Shown: positions 39,668-50,800, counted from the stretch's first letter. The stretch: 64,000 bases of DNA from a candidate division WOR-3 bacterium (GCA_039804105.1 JBDRZU010000001.1:834602-898601); one strand, 5' to 3'. Notes: generated by a model from the letters alone, not told the origin. Made by a program: numbers and translations.

Positions 39668-42600
39668 CTTATTACACTCATCTTTTGAATTTTTGATTTC
39701 ACTTTTTCTCCGTTATTTTCTGCTTCTATATAATAGAAATATGTTCCGTTTCTATAATCATCGATCTGAATATCAACATAAACAAATCTATCTTTTAGAA
39801 ATGAGAGATTGTATGTTTTAAAATGTTCACCACTTGATTTATATATCTTGAGTAGTGCTAACTGTGGATTTTTTGATAGTTCACAAACTATCCTCGTATT
39901 TTTTCCAACAACAGGATTCGGGAAATTTGCAACATTGATGATCTTGAACTGGTTGGAAACTTGAAAATCAAACACTTTTTCCGTTGAATTTCCATAAATA
40001 TCTTTACAGGACACTTTAAGAGTATGCTCTCCATTTTCAAGAAACTTTGAAATTTTTACTGGCATTGTTTTGGTTACTGTTTCCTTTGTAACCTTATAAT
40101 CTGTTTCATAAGAAAGAGTATCACCATCCATCACAACCAAAAAACTTCTGGTATCAATTCCCTCATTATCCTCAACTGTGATTCCCAAATCTACATTGTT
40201 AACAAGTATTGTAGAATAATAAACCTCTTTGTTTTCAACAAAGATTTTTACAAGTGGAGGAACAGTATCACTCCATCTTCCAACAACAAATCTTTCAGTA
40301 TTTCTTTCAAAAACAAAAAGCGTCGTATCTTCTTTCCTCTCACCTTTCAAAACAAACTTGTTTGAAAGAGAATCATACATTAAAACATTTGCAGGGAGAA
40401 GTTGGGAATGTGGATATAGAGAAAGAACATTTTTTTGATTAGTATTTAAAATATCTATTCTATAGAGATCCCTCTGTTGTTTGTCGATACTCAATATTTC
40501 AATATTTTGATCTGTCTCTTTTAACGAGTCTCTTGAAACAATTATGAGATTTGTATCATCTGTTGTCTGTCCATTGTTAAAAATACAAAGAGAATGATAG
40601 GTTATTGATGAATCAAAAGGCTGTTTTCCATATATATAAGAATAAATGTAATCAAAATTTGATTCCAGTACCTTATTGTTAGTAAAATTCCTATCAGGGA
40701 AATTTAAAGTTTCTTTTGCAGCAAACACATAAATTTTTTCTCCAAAATAATTTTTAGATATCTTGACTTTCGATTCTTTTGTTTCTCCACCTTTCAGCGA
40801 AATGGTATCAATACCTATTAGAAATGTGTCATCGTTTTGATCAACATGATAAAAATGAACAGGCATAGAATTGATATCTCTTTCTCCGCCATTCGAAATT
40901 CTCACTGTCATTGCTGGACTTTTATCTTTAAAAGATAGATAAGGTTTTTGGAGTATCTTTGCATCAGGATATGGAGAAATCAACAACTTTTTTGTGAAAG
41001 TTGTAAAATTCATATTTTCTGTTGAATCGGAATAAGAGATATAATAATAAAAATAATCGTACGAACTTTTTTTTGCTTTTATTGGTGGTAACAGATTTGT
41101 ATAAAAAAGTAAACTATCAATAGAATCCTGAATCATATTTGCAGTATAATAATATGTAGAATTTGGATATTTATAGTTTGCTAAAAGATTCTTTATATTT
41201 TTCCCACCTATTTTTGCGTATATTCTAAATTCTGTTAGAGTATCAGGATTTGAAGGAGAGATATAAAAACTTTTAATACCATCTCCTCCAACAGTCGGAT
41301 ATGATAAATAAAGAATTGATGTATCACTTGTAAAAGCAACTGTTGCTAAAACCATAGTTGAAGTAGGAAGAGAATCAGGAAGATAAAGAGTATTTTCCCC
41401 ATAACCATTTACAAGATTCGAATGATCAAAAACTAACATTTTTCTCTCTGTATCGATTAGAATACTTTCAAGAAAACCGTCCTTTAGATTTGAATCTGAA
41501 TGTATAACAACAAGAGTATCTTTGGGGGCGAGCTGATACGAAGAAAGTGAGCATGTTTTTTCAGAAATATCAGGTATTTTTAAATCGAGAAGATTTATCC
41601 CAAGTAAACCATAATTTTTTATCTCGTAAACATTAGGATCATCCAAATTGGAACTTCCGAAAGCACTACTGTTGATAAAAAAGTTTAACTCACCATAAAG
41701 TATTATATCTCCAATGTTTTTTATACCATTGAAAGCGATTTGCCTGAAATTTGATTCTCCCAAACTGTTGTTAAGATTATCTGTACTTGCGGTTGCGGAT
41801 CCATAGTATGCTATCGCTCCACCAAACGGTGCAAGAACGAATGCCTCTCCTATTGATTGTTGATCCCTTAAAAGTTCATCATAATAACCTGTATCACATG
41901 AATAAACTTTCACAAATGGCAATCTGTTGATGTTGTTCATTCTCAAAACATCGGTTAACCTGATATAAACTCCACTGCCTATAGATTGGGAAGCTCCATG
42001 GGCATATATGTTCAAAATAGATGCCCCATAATTCAACTGGTTTATAAAATCACCGTTGTTATCATAAAGGTTCGCCATAAAATCAATACCAATATAATCA
42101 GGCATCATCGATGCAAGTTTGAGTGACTGATATTTTGCATCAACATAGGAAGGAAGTCCAGTGCCCGGCGGAGTTGTATCGTATGCGAATATAAATTTTA
42201 GATTGAATATTCCGGAATTTTTCCAATCAAGATAATGTTTGACTTTTTCTATAGCGATATCAATCTCGTTTTCATTTCTTACAGGAAACCTTGAAATCGA
42301 TATATCCTCGACAGGATCGTTTCCTACTATTGTTGCATAATAGTTATCAGATGCTATGAGAGCTCTCGAGTAAGCTGAATTTTCATAATAGTATGCTGCA
42401 GGTATACTGTAATCAAAAATCTTTAAATGGTTGTTGTTGTCGTAAGACCCATCACCTAAAAGGAGTACATGTGTTGGTGGAACACTCCAATTGTTATATG
42501 CTGAGATTAAAAAATCTTTTATGGGTTTAACACCTCTCATTCCGTAGTTGAACTCATCATAAATTTCTTCCGTTCCAACAAGAAAAACTTTATTTTTAGA

Positions 42601-44169
42601 TGAAAACAGTTCAGCGAATTCTTTTGCTTTTTCTTTCAGATTTTGATCAACTATGATAACATAATTTCCTTCATTTGTAGGAGAATCGAGTTGATTGAAT
42701 TTAAAGGTCTCTATAGTATCGGGATTAAGAAAGGAAGTGTTTTGATACACAGAATAACTAACCGATGTAGTAAAAATTTGATCAGTAAAATACAGATCAT
42801 AATTTCCAAGGACTGGATCATAAACTGTTATGAAATTGGTGATGTTTTTTAAATCTTTTCTATAAATTTTAACATCGGTTGAAGTAAGACCTTTAATGTG
42901 AAATTTGTATGAACCGAAATTTAGATTCGAGATTTTAAAGTCAAGTTTTCCATTTTTTACAATAAGGTTTTTCATATATGAATACTCAAAATAGTTTAGC
43001 CCAACACCTATCGTATCACCACCTATAAGTTCAAGTTTAATTTTAGCAGAATCTTCTGTAATATTGAGAGAATTTTTTAAATATTTATATGAAGATAGAT
43101 CATCCCATTTTATGGTATCGATCAAAGAATCGTTAATATATAAACCTAAAACATGATCGGGATTTAAAAGGAGATTATATGAAAATCCATGGAAATATGC
43201 AGAAAAATTGAAATTCTGATAAAGAGTATCATAATCATAAAAATTTATATACTTTTCATAAGGAGTTGTTCCATTTATTGAGTACATAAACCAGAGATCA
43301 GATGTATCAATAGTTGTTCTTCCACCAAGTGGTTGATAAAAGGAGTCATTTTCAATATGTGTTTCATAAAGATATGAACTAATCGTAGAATCTATCAAAG
43401 AATCATCGATAAACTGATTGTCTATAACATACCTTATTCCGTTTCCTCCACCAGTAACTATAACATAAACATTTTGGAGTTGAAATTTATCAAAGTAAGT
43501 ATTCTCTCCCTTTTTTCTTTCACCATAAAATTCAAAATAATCTCCTGGTCCAAAAACATTATCACTTATTCCATACATATTTATAGGTATTTGAACATTT
43601 CTGTTGTAAACCTTTATAGTTTTTGGGTCAAAGGTCGAGAGATCTGTACCAGTCTTATTTTTAATATCATCATAGTATATTCTGTAGAGTCCACTCTCGC
43701 TTATTTTAATCTTTGCAAGAGGTGTTCCATCATAATCTAAAGATTTAACCTGTTTTGTTATCCTCGGCTTTATGAAATTTTTTAAATCTTTACCATTAAT
43801 CGCTATCGATGTTAAAAATTTTTCAGTTTTTTTATCCGGATAAATAACCTTTCCACTATCCTTTGTTCTTTTGAAATTAATTGTAAGAGTGTATTTTTCT
43901 TTATAAGGTTTTAAAGGAAGAAGTTGAAAATCTTTAAAAAAGAAAGGTTTTCCTAAAACAATATTTTTTAAATTTGATGGATATAAGTTTAAAGAAAAGT
44001 CAACAGGTGGAAGAATTAGAACTTTTGTAGAATCATTTTCTTTTGGGAAATAATTTACTGTTATACTTTCCTCTGACAAATTATAAGTGAATGAAGGAAA
44101 TGAATGTAAAAAAAATAATACGATAAATAAAAGAATAATTATTTTAAATTGTAAAACTTTTCTTTCCAT
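39664..44169 (-). CDS. Peptidase C25 (gingipain-fold) protein with a T9SS C-terminal sorting domain. It is a candidate PorU-like T9SS sortase.
   Basis: It has a signal peptide and HVLLLGDGSYD. The catalytic His context is ILNIYAHGASQS and the catalytic Cys context is LPFVKVYSCDTGYYD. The C-terminus reads VANFPNPVVGKNTRIVCEL...LLKIYKSSGEHF...NGTYFYYIEAENNGEKVKSKIQKMSVIR, which matches the Por_Secre_tail pattern. Confidence 0.65.
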   Translation of the reverse strand: MERKVLQFKIIILLFIVLFFLHSFPSFTYNLSEESITVNYFPKENDSTKVLILPPVDFSLNLYPSNLKNIVLGKPFFFKDFQLLPLKPYKEKYTLTINFKRTKDSGKVIYPDKKTEKFLTSIAINGKDLKNFIKPRITKQVKSLDYDGTPLAKIKISESGLYRIYYDDIKNKTGTDLSTFDPKTIKVYNRNVQIPINMYGISDNVFGPGDYFEFYGERKKGENTYFDKFQLQNVYVIVTGGGNGIRYVIDNQFIDDSLIDSTISSYLYETHIENDSFYQPLGGRTTIDTSDLWFMYSINGTTPYEKYINFYDYDTLYQNFNFSAYFHGFSYNLLLNPDHVLGLYINDSLIDTIKWDDLSSYKYLKNSLNITEDSAKIKLELIGGDTIGVGLNYFEYSYMKNLIVKNGKLDFKISNLNFGSYKFHIKGLTSTDVKIYRKDLKNITNFITVYDPVLGNYDLYFTDQIFTTSVSYSVYQNTSFLNPDTIETFKFNQLDSPTNEGNYVIIVDQNLKEKAKEFAELFSSKNKVFLVGTEEIYDEFNYGMRGVKPIKDFLISAYNNWSVPPTHVLLLGDGSYDNNNHLKIFDYSIPAAYYYENSAYSRALIASDNYYATIVGNDPVEDISISRFPVRNENEIDIAIEKVKHYLDWKNSGIFNLKFIFAYDTTPPGTGLPSYVDAKYQSLKLASMMPDYIGIDFMANLYDNNGDFINQLNYGASILNIYAHGASQSIGSGVYIRLTDVLRMNNINRLPFVKVYSCDTGYYDELLRDQQSIGEAFVLAPFGGAIAYYGSATASTDNLNNSLGESNFRQIAFNGIKNIGDIILYGELNFFINSSAFGSSNLDDPNVYEIKNYGLLGINLLDLKIPDISEKTCSLSSYQLAPKDTLVVIHSDSNLKDGFLESILIDTERKMLVFDHSNLVNGYGENTLYLPDSLPTSTMVLATVAFTSDTSILYLSYPTVGGDGIKSFYISPSNPDTLTEFRIYAKIGGKNIKNLLANYKYPNSTYYYTANMIQDSIDSLLFYTNLLPPIKAKKSSYDYFYYYISYSDSTENMNFTTFTKKLLISPYPDAKILQKPYLSFKDKSPAMTVRISNGGERDINSMPVHFYHVDQNDDTFLIGIDTISLKGGETKESKVKISKNYFGEKIYVFAAKETLNFPDRNFTNNKVLESNFDYIYSYIYGKQPFDSSITYHSLCIFNNGQTTDDTNLIIVSRDSLKETDQNIEILSIDKQQRDLYRIDILNTNQKNVLSLYPHSQLLPANVLMYDSLSNKFVLKGERKEDTTLFVFERNTERFVVGRWSDTVPPLVKIFVENKEVYYSTILVNNVDLGITVEDNEGIDTRSFLVVMDGDTLSYETDYKVTKETVTKTMPVKISKFLENGEHTLKVSCKDIYGNSTEKVFDFQVSNQFKIINVANFPNPVVGKNTRIVCELSKNPQLALLKIYKSSGEHFKTYNLSFLKDRFVYVDIQIDDYRNGTYFYYIEAENNGEKVKSKIQKMSVIR

Positions 44170-45551
44170 CTTTTTCCACCTTCTTCAACAATTAAAAAAT
44201 AAATCCCTGTTTTAAATTGTGAATGATCTAAAGTGAACTTTTGTGAGGAAACAGAATATTTACTGACGTTTTTACCAGAAACATCATAGATAGAGATCTT
44301 GTAATTTCCTTGATTTATAAAATCAAAAACCATTTTTGCTTTCTCTTTGCTCAATTTGTATGGTTTTTTGTAATCTCCATCAATAGAATATTTTCTGGAA
44401 TTTGTATAATATGTCCAGTAAATATTGTTTGGCCAAGATGATGCTGGAGTTTTATCGTTAAGTATATAAACAAGATGTATGTTTTCATCTTTATCCAAAA
44501 TACACTGAGGCGTAACAATATATGAAGTATCATGATGTGCGATAAGTTTTATACTATCGACAACTTCGTTTGATATGTCATAAACCAGTTCATACAATTC
44601 TCCATAATAATAGTTATCTGACACATAAAACAGATGAATTTTATTGTTTAAAATAAGGCCAGTTGGATAATAGATGTTCGAATTATCGTCAGACAAAAGT
44701 TTCGGAGTTGACCAGATACCATTCGAATATCGTGAAAGATAAAGTTGACTCAATCCATTTAATAAAATTGTAAAAACTACAAACTCATTCTGTCCATCAG
44801 AAATAATGTTGGGATAATAAATATCGGCTGTTAAACTAACAATTAAAACTTCGTTCTGCCATAAGTTATTTATTCTTCTTCTACTAAAAAGATTTTGATA
44901 TCCGTTGTTATCTTTAGTGTATATAACAGAAATATCTTCATTTGGATAAACATAAAAATCGTAATTTAAACAACTTTCGCTAGAATTTGTTATATTCAAT
45001 GGATTATGGACTACAGAATCATAATATCCATAGTATATGTTGAATACACCAGTTGAATCATCACAATAGATAAAATGATGTTTTTTGTTTCTGTAAAAAG
45101 ATTTAGGATACCATGAGTTTGAAGTTGTATTTGTTACCTGAAAAATAGAAGAAAGTAAAACACCATCAAAATATCTACCAAAGATATTAAAGTTACCATC
45201 CTGTCTGCTTTCCCAAAGGAATAAAAATCTCCCATCCTCATCAACAGAAAGTGTTGGCATCCATGACAGAAGATAGTATCCAGTTCCACTTTCTGGTTTG
45301 TCATACACTGTTCCATCATATAACCATTCGATTCCATTATACTTATACTTTCTGATACAAAAATAAACATCTTTTGAAGTATCATACCAGCCGAGATGCA
45401 AATTTCCCAATGTATCTTTCACAAAAAGATGGGAAGCATTCGGTTGAAAATAAGCAAGACCATATTCCCATATTTTTACAGGAGTCCTCCATTGTGGAAA
45501 AATAAAGATAAATGTGATAAGTGGAATTAAAAGGTGAAAAAGTTTTTTCAT
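44139..45551 (-). CDS. Secreted beta-propeller-like (sialidase/BNR-like blade pattern) protein with a T9SS C-terminal domain
   Basis: It has the signal peptide MKKLFHLLIPLITFIFIF. Repeated blade-like segments are present (...NLHLGWYD, ...FLFLWESRQDGNFNIFGRYFDG, ...HHFIYCDD, ...IHLFYVSD, ...IHLVYILND). The C-terminus reads YKISIYDVSGKNVSKYSVSS...FKTGIYFLIVEEGGKRWKEKFYNLK. Confidence 0.5.
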   Translation of the reverse strand: MKKLFHLLIPLITFIFIFPQWRTPVKIWEYGLAYFQPNASHLFVKDTLGNLHLGWYDTSKDVYFCIRKYKYNGIEWLYDGTVYDKPESGTGYYLLSWMPTLSVDEDGRFLFLWESRQDGNFNIFGRYFDGVLLSSIFQVTNTTSNSWYPKSFYRNKKHHFIYCDDSTGVFNIYYGYYDSVVHNPLNITNSSESCLNYDFYVYPNEDISVIYTKDNNGYQNLFSRRRINNLWQNEVLIVSLTADIYYPNIISDGQNEFVVFTILLNGLSQLYLSRYSNGIWSTPKLLSDDNSNIYYPTGLILNNKIHLFYVSDNYYYGELYELVYDISNEVVDSIKLIAHHDTSYIVTPQCILDKDENIHLVYILNDKTPASSWPNNIYWTYYTNSRKYSIDGDYKKPYKLSKEKAKMVFDFINQGNYKISIYDVSGKNVSKYSVSSQKFTLDHSQFKTGIYFLIVEEGGKRWKEKFYNLK

Positions 45552-45573
45552 AATTTATATTTTAATTATTAAC

Positions 45574-46698
45574 CTATCTATTGTCAATAGTTTTGGATTT
45601 TACAAACTCTATCATAAAATCTTCAATAAAACTTTCTGAAAGATTGTTCGTTTTGTCCCAATCAAAATTTTTTGCCCATTTCTTAGCATCATTTTCCATC
45701 TGTTTAAGTTTTTCTCGATTTTTTAAAAGAGACAATATTTTTTCTGTAAGTTGTTCTATATTTCCATACTTATAAAGTAAACCAGAAAATCCATCTTTAA
45801 CAGAATCTTTGAGACCTAAAACATTTGAAGAAATAACGGGAGTTCCAAGTGCGTTAGCTTCAATGTTGACTATGCCCCACCCTTCAATATAGGATGGATA
45901 TACTGATATCCAACTTTCTTGTAAAATTTTTATCTTCTCATCTTCTGAAACATATCCCGTAAAGATAACATCCTCAATTTTTAATCTTTTAACCAATTTT
46001 TTTAACTCGTTTTCATAATCTCCCATTCCAACAATGTATAAAACACATTCTTTACATTGTTCTTTAACCTTTTTGAAAGCTTTTATCAGATGATGAACAG
46101 ATTTATATCTTTTCAACCTTCCAACATAACATATCTGAGGGTATTCTTTTTTTTGATAGTTATAACTGAAAAATTTTTTATCGATACCACATTCTATCAC
46201 TTTTATCTTTTTCTCATCTATACCTCTTTTTAAAAGATCTTCTTTCGTTGAATTTGAAATAACCTCAAAATAGGATTTTTTATAGACCATTTTTATAGGT
46301 TTTTCAAAAAGATACACATATGTTCCAAAAATAAAATTCGTTTGTTTAAAAATTGTTTTTCCAAATATATGAGGTACAACAACGAAAACTGGAATTTTTA
46401 CAAACAAAGGAGTAAAAAATGGAACTTTATTTATATCCTCTATAATAAGATCTATTTTTTTTTTCTTGACTAAATCTTTTATTTTAAAGGTAACAAAATA
46501 GTTGAACAACAGTTCGTTTCCAATATGTATATAATAAACATTATTTATCGATTCATCTTTTGCACCTTTATAGCCAGATGTTAAGAAGAATACATTATGT
46601 TTTTTTGCAAGATGTTCCGCAATTTTTGTAATATGAATTTCAGCACCACCGTATAGGGGATTTTTTAAATCTCTCCAATTGATTATTAGAATATTCAT
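45574..46698 (-). CDS. Glycosyltransferase, GT4 / group 1 family
   Basis: The E-x7-E region reads YPSYIEGWGIVNIEANALGTPVISSNVLGLKDSVKDGFSGLL. Confidence 0.75.
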   Translation of the reverse strand: MNILIINWRDLKNPLYGGAEIHITKIAEHLAKKHNVFFLTSGYKGAKDESINNVYYIHIGNELLFNYFVTFKIKDLVKKKKIDLIIEDINKVPFFTPLFVKIPVFVVVPHIFGKTIFKQTNFIFGTYVYLFEKPIKMVYKKSYFEVISNSTKEDLLKRGIDEKKIKVIECGIDKKFFSYNYQKKEYPQICYVGRLKRYKSVHHLIKAFKKVKEQCKECVLYIVGMGDYENELKKLVKRLKIEDVIFTGYVSEDEKIKILQESWISVYPSYIEGWGIVNIEANALGTPVISSNVLGLKDSVKDGFSGLLYKYGNIEQLTEKILSLLKNREKLKQMENDAKKWAKNFDWDKTNNLSESFIEDFMIEFVKSKTIDNR

Positions 46699-47753
46699 TC
46701 TATTTTTTCAACTCCCAAAAGGTTGTAATCTTTATCATATACAAATTTCTTTGTTAAAGTTTTAAACAAAGGATACTCATTGTATTTCATCGAAGGAGGC
46801 ATCTTTGTTTTTAACAGAGGATCTGATGAAAAATATTCGACTTTATCATATGTAAAATTATTATTTCTTTTGATTATTCTGACCGCAAAATTTGAATCCA
46901 TATCAAAAGGTTTTAAAAGTGTATCAAGATAAATTTTTTTAAATTCATATCCAATATCATCATAAAATATTAATTCATAAAATCTTTGTAGTTCTCCTTT
47001 AGAATCTTTTTTTATTTTTAAACTCTTAGTGCCTTGAAAATTTTCATCCTCAACCTTCTCGGTACTTAAAACAATGTATTCTTCTCTGTTAAAAAATTTC
47101 AAGGAATCAACGATATTTTCGTTATTTTGATTTCTAATAATCTTTTCAAATCCAAAAGCGTCAGGCGATAAAAATAGATTTCCATCTTTTCCAACACTAT
47201 AAAAGTTTATCTCCCACCTATTTGAAGTTTTATTTTTAAAAATAGTAGAGAGTTTTATCAGAACAGAATCAATTGATAGAACTTTTTCTCCTTGTTCGTT
47301 TTCAAAATAAGAAATAACCTTTTCACAGCAATGATTATTTGTATCAAAAGTAACAAAAACTATTTTTTGAGCCAGATCAAAAATTTTAACATTTTCATTT
47401 TTTCTATCAAAGAATTTATAAACCATTTTTTCAGCAAACAAACTGTCATTTTCTATCTTCACAAATGTATCAGTATAGGAAATCTCTATTTTCGAAATCA
47501 TAGAATTTGAATCAAAAATATCCTTTTCAACAGGTTTTCCTTTATAACATATTTCTATTGAAATTGGTCTTTTTTTATTATCATAATATATTTTATAACC
47601 CTCTATCTTATCAAATTCAGATTTTGTAATCTTTTCTTTACCTTCAATTCTACCTATAGGATCAAAGTCTAAAAATCTGTAAAATTTTTCAGATGATAAC
47701 AGAGTTTGATAAAAAATATAAAGAATCAAAAATACGATAAAAAATTTTTTCAT
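46695..47753 (-). CDS. Hypothetical secreted or membrane-anchored protein
   Basis: The track start is 47831. An internal ATG at 47753 is preceded by AAGGAG (minus strand, 47758-47763) and opens directly into a signal-anchor sequence, MKKFFIVFLILYIFYQTLLS. I recognise no domain. Confidence 0.45.
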   Translation of the reverse strand: MKKFFIVFLILYIFYQTLLSSEKFYRFLDFDPIGRIEGKEKITKSEFDKIEGYKIYYDNKKRPISIEICYKGKPVEKDIFDSNSMISKIEISYTDTFVKIENDSLFAEKMVYKFFDRKNENVKIFDLAQKIVFVTFDTNNHCCEKVISYFENEQGEKVLSIDSVLIKLSTIFKNKTSNRWEINFYSVGKDGNLFLSPDAFGFEKIIRNQNNENIVDSLKFFNREEYIVLSTEKVEDENFQGTKSLKIKKDSKGELQRFYELIFYDDIGYEFKKIYLDTLLKPFDMDSNFAVRIIKRNNNFTYDKVEYFSSDPLLKTKMPPSMKYNEYPLFKTLTKKFVYDKDYNLLGVEKIE

Positions 47754-47824
47754 AAATCTCCTTATCTTTTGAATAATTTTATTAACTTTAAAAAAAAAAA
47801 CAAGAAAAATTATATTTTTAATAA

Positions 47825-47852
47825 TTGACATTTTTCAAGGTATATATAAAAT
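47825..47852 (+). promoter_or_regulatory. Sigma70-type promoter, TTGACA-N16-TAAAAT, for the TPR-to-pyr gene string
   Basis: TTGACA is at 47825-47830 and TAAAAT at 47847-47852. GGAAGGAGGA is at 47871-47880 and the ATG at 47884. Confidence 0.5.
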
Positions 47853-47883
47853 AAAAGAATATGGGAATTTGGAAGGAGGATAA

Positions 47884-50800
47884 ATGTTAGATCTTTTCTC
47901 TTCAGGTGATCCCACAAAAATAATTGAAAGAAGCAGTAAACTGAGAATAGAGGGAAAACATGACAAAGCAGAACAACTGTTAAAAAAGAGCATAAAAAAT
48001 TCAAAATCAGATTTTATAATACTGCTTGAACTTGCAAAAACACAATTCGAGATGGGTAAAATATCCGAATCTGTAAATACATTGAGAAGTTCTTATTATC
48101 TTTCACCGGAAGAGATAAACAAAATTATAAATGTCGGAGAGGATCTTCATTACAGAGCAACATCACAAAAGGATCAAACAGCATCTGTTCTTATTGAAAT
48201 GTATATAAAAAAAAGGGATTTCGAATCTTTTAGAAAAATTTTCGATACATTATCAGGTGAAGAGATAAAGAATCTCATCAGCTATTTTGAAAAATTATAT
48301 CTCAATGTAAAAAATACAAAAACGATTGATCAGTTCAACAAAAAGGATATTGAGATATGTTTATCAATGGGTATTTTATATCTTTATAACAAAAATTTCA
48401 AAGAAGCAAAACCGATACTTGAAATGATTTTTAGAACACAGGTTAAGGATAGAGATTATATTCTCTCAGAGTATATAAATGTTGCAAAAACAACCTATGG
48501 TAATCCTGAACCTTATATTGCAATAGGAGACCTATATATATTGGTAAACGATAAAGATAAAGCTATAAACTATTTTCAAAAAGCATCTTCAATAGATCCT
48601 AAATTAAAAACGGATATATCAAACAAGATTGAGGAACACATCACAGATACTAAAGAGATATCAGAAACAAGTAAATATTCGATTGTCGATCTTGCGATAG
48701 AAAAAAAGGATTACAAAAAAGCACTTGATATAATATATGAAATGATAAAAGATAAAAACGAAGCCACAGAAGAGATCGTCAGGAGAACGTATCAGATAAT
48801 ACAGGCTGCTCCAGAATTTGTCGAAGCTTATAAACTTTTAGTCGAAATTTTCCTTCTAAAAAAAGAAATATCAAAAATATTCACAAATCTTGAAAAAATT
48901 TATGAGTTAAAAAAAGAAGAAAAGGACTTTATTCTCAATACAATAAACCGAATAGAAAATGAGAATCTGTCAAACGAAGAAATACTTTTACTTAAAGCAA
49001 CCATATTTTCAGATAACAACGAATTTAATGAATCAGCAAAAATAATTAAAAAAGTATATTTTAAAAACAATTCCTATAGTTTCGATGTGGAAAAACTCGC
49101 AAATAAAATTCTTGATAAAGATCCAAAGAATATCGACGCATTGGAAACAATCTGCCAAATTTTTCTTGATAAGAATGAGGTTGAGAAACTCAAAAAGATA
49201 TGTGAGTATCTTACTTCAATAAACACTGAAGAACACATATCTATTGCAAAAAAATACCTACAGATAATCTATGATAAAAATCCATCAGATGTTGATATAA
49301 AATTAAACTTTAGTATCGCTCTAATAAAATTGGGGAAAATAAAAGAATCCGAAGTAATAATAACCGAAACCTTAAAATCAAACCCTGAAACATTTTATAT
49401 AATCATTCCCCAATTCTACAATTCAGCCAAAAATGATAAGGATGTTGCAACAATAGTTTTGAAGATCTTAAAAAGCATTGAAAGAAAAAATCTTGATCCA
49501 TTTCTATATGATTTTTCACTCTGTGAGATGTCCTATCTTGCTTCAGATCTTGAATTCTCTCTTGGAATGTTAAAAGAAATGTTTGAAAAATTTCCTGAAA
49601 AAGAGGATGATTTACTTGAACTTCTTGGAAGGATTAAAGATTTCTATCCTGAAAATGAACTCGTCGCTGACTTTGAATTCAAACTTTTCACAGACAAAAA
49701 AGATTATAGGAAAGCTTACGAATCTCTTATAAAACTTAGAAAAGACAAAACAAAATTAGGACACATTCTTGATAATCTTTATATACTGAATAAAAATCAT
49801 CCTGAAAACGTTTCCATAGTCGAAAGCATAATGGATATTCTTGATGAAATGGGATTTTATGAAAAAATAATAAAAGAAGCTGATAACCTTTCCTCAAAAC
49901 TTGATCAACAAAAAATTGGTAAAATAAAATTTTTCCTTGGTAAAGCGTATGCAAACAAAGGTATGGTAAACGATGCAGCAACAGTTCTTTACCAAGCCAT
50001 AATCCTTGATAAAACCTTAACAGAAAATACACTCACCATATTAAAAGATCTCTTGAAGTATGATCCATTTTCACTCAGAGTTCATTACACACTCTCTCTT
50101 GCATATTATCTGAACAAAAATATCGATTCAGCTATAGATGAATTACTTGAAATAGTAAAGATCGATCCCAATCAGATAAACATCGCTATATCAGAATTGG
50201 AAAAATGGAACGAAAACATCATCAACAATCCAAAACTTAATTTTTCTTTGGGAACTCTATATTTTGAAACAACCCAGTATGAGAAAGGTATTTCAAAAAT
50301 GTATGAAACTTTTGAAATCGATAGTTCATACCTCGATTCAATTTTAAACCTTATGTCAAATTACATTGAAAAGGAATCTGAAAATGGAGAAATTCTTTAT
50401 GCAACCGGAGTTTTCTATGCAAAAAAGGGTCTTTATAAACTTGCTTCCGACTATCTTTACAACGCTATGTCTATAGAAACAGGTTTAAAGGAAAAAGTAA
50501 TATCACAACTACTATTTATAATAAACCAGCAACCCGATGAGGTAGATCCGAGATTTTCACTTGCTCAGGTATATAAAGATATGCATAACTATATGCAAGC
50601 GATAACTCTTTTAAGACAGATAGAACTTATAAATCCATCTGAGACAGAAAATGTAATAAGTTTTTACAAAGAAATGCTTGTGAACGAACCTAACAATACT
50701 TTTCTTTTAATATCACTTGCTGATTCTTATCTAAAATTGAACAGAACAACGGATGCTGTTGAACTTTATTCAAAAATTATAAAAATAAACAAAAAATATA

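Noticed and set aside
47790-47800. An A11 homopolymer in the divergent promoter region, and an A10 (T10 on plus) tract inside the GT4 gene at 46455-46464. I considered both as slipped-strand phase-variation switches.
   Set aside because: This genome is extremely A/T-rich and its proteins are Lys-rich, so runs of 9-11 A/T recur (for example at 35818-35826). Without population or read-level length variation there is no evidence of phase variation.
47754-47831. A 26-codon N-terminal extension of the 46695-47831 ORF (MSIIKNIIFLVFFFKVNKIIQKIRRF)
   Set aside because: An internal ATG at 47753 has a good AAGGAG RBS and begins a classical signal-anchor sequence. The extension would also overlap the divergent TTGACA promoter.
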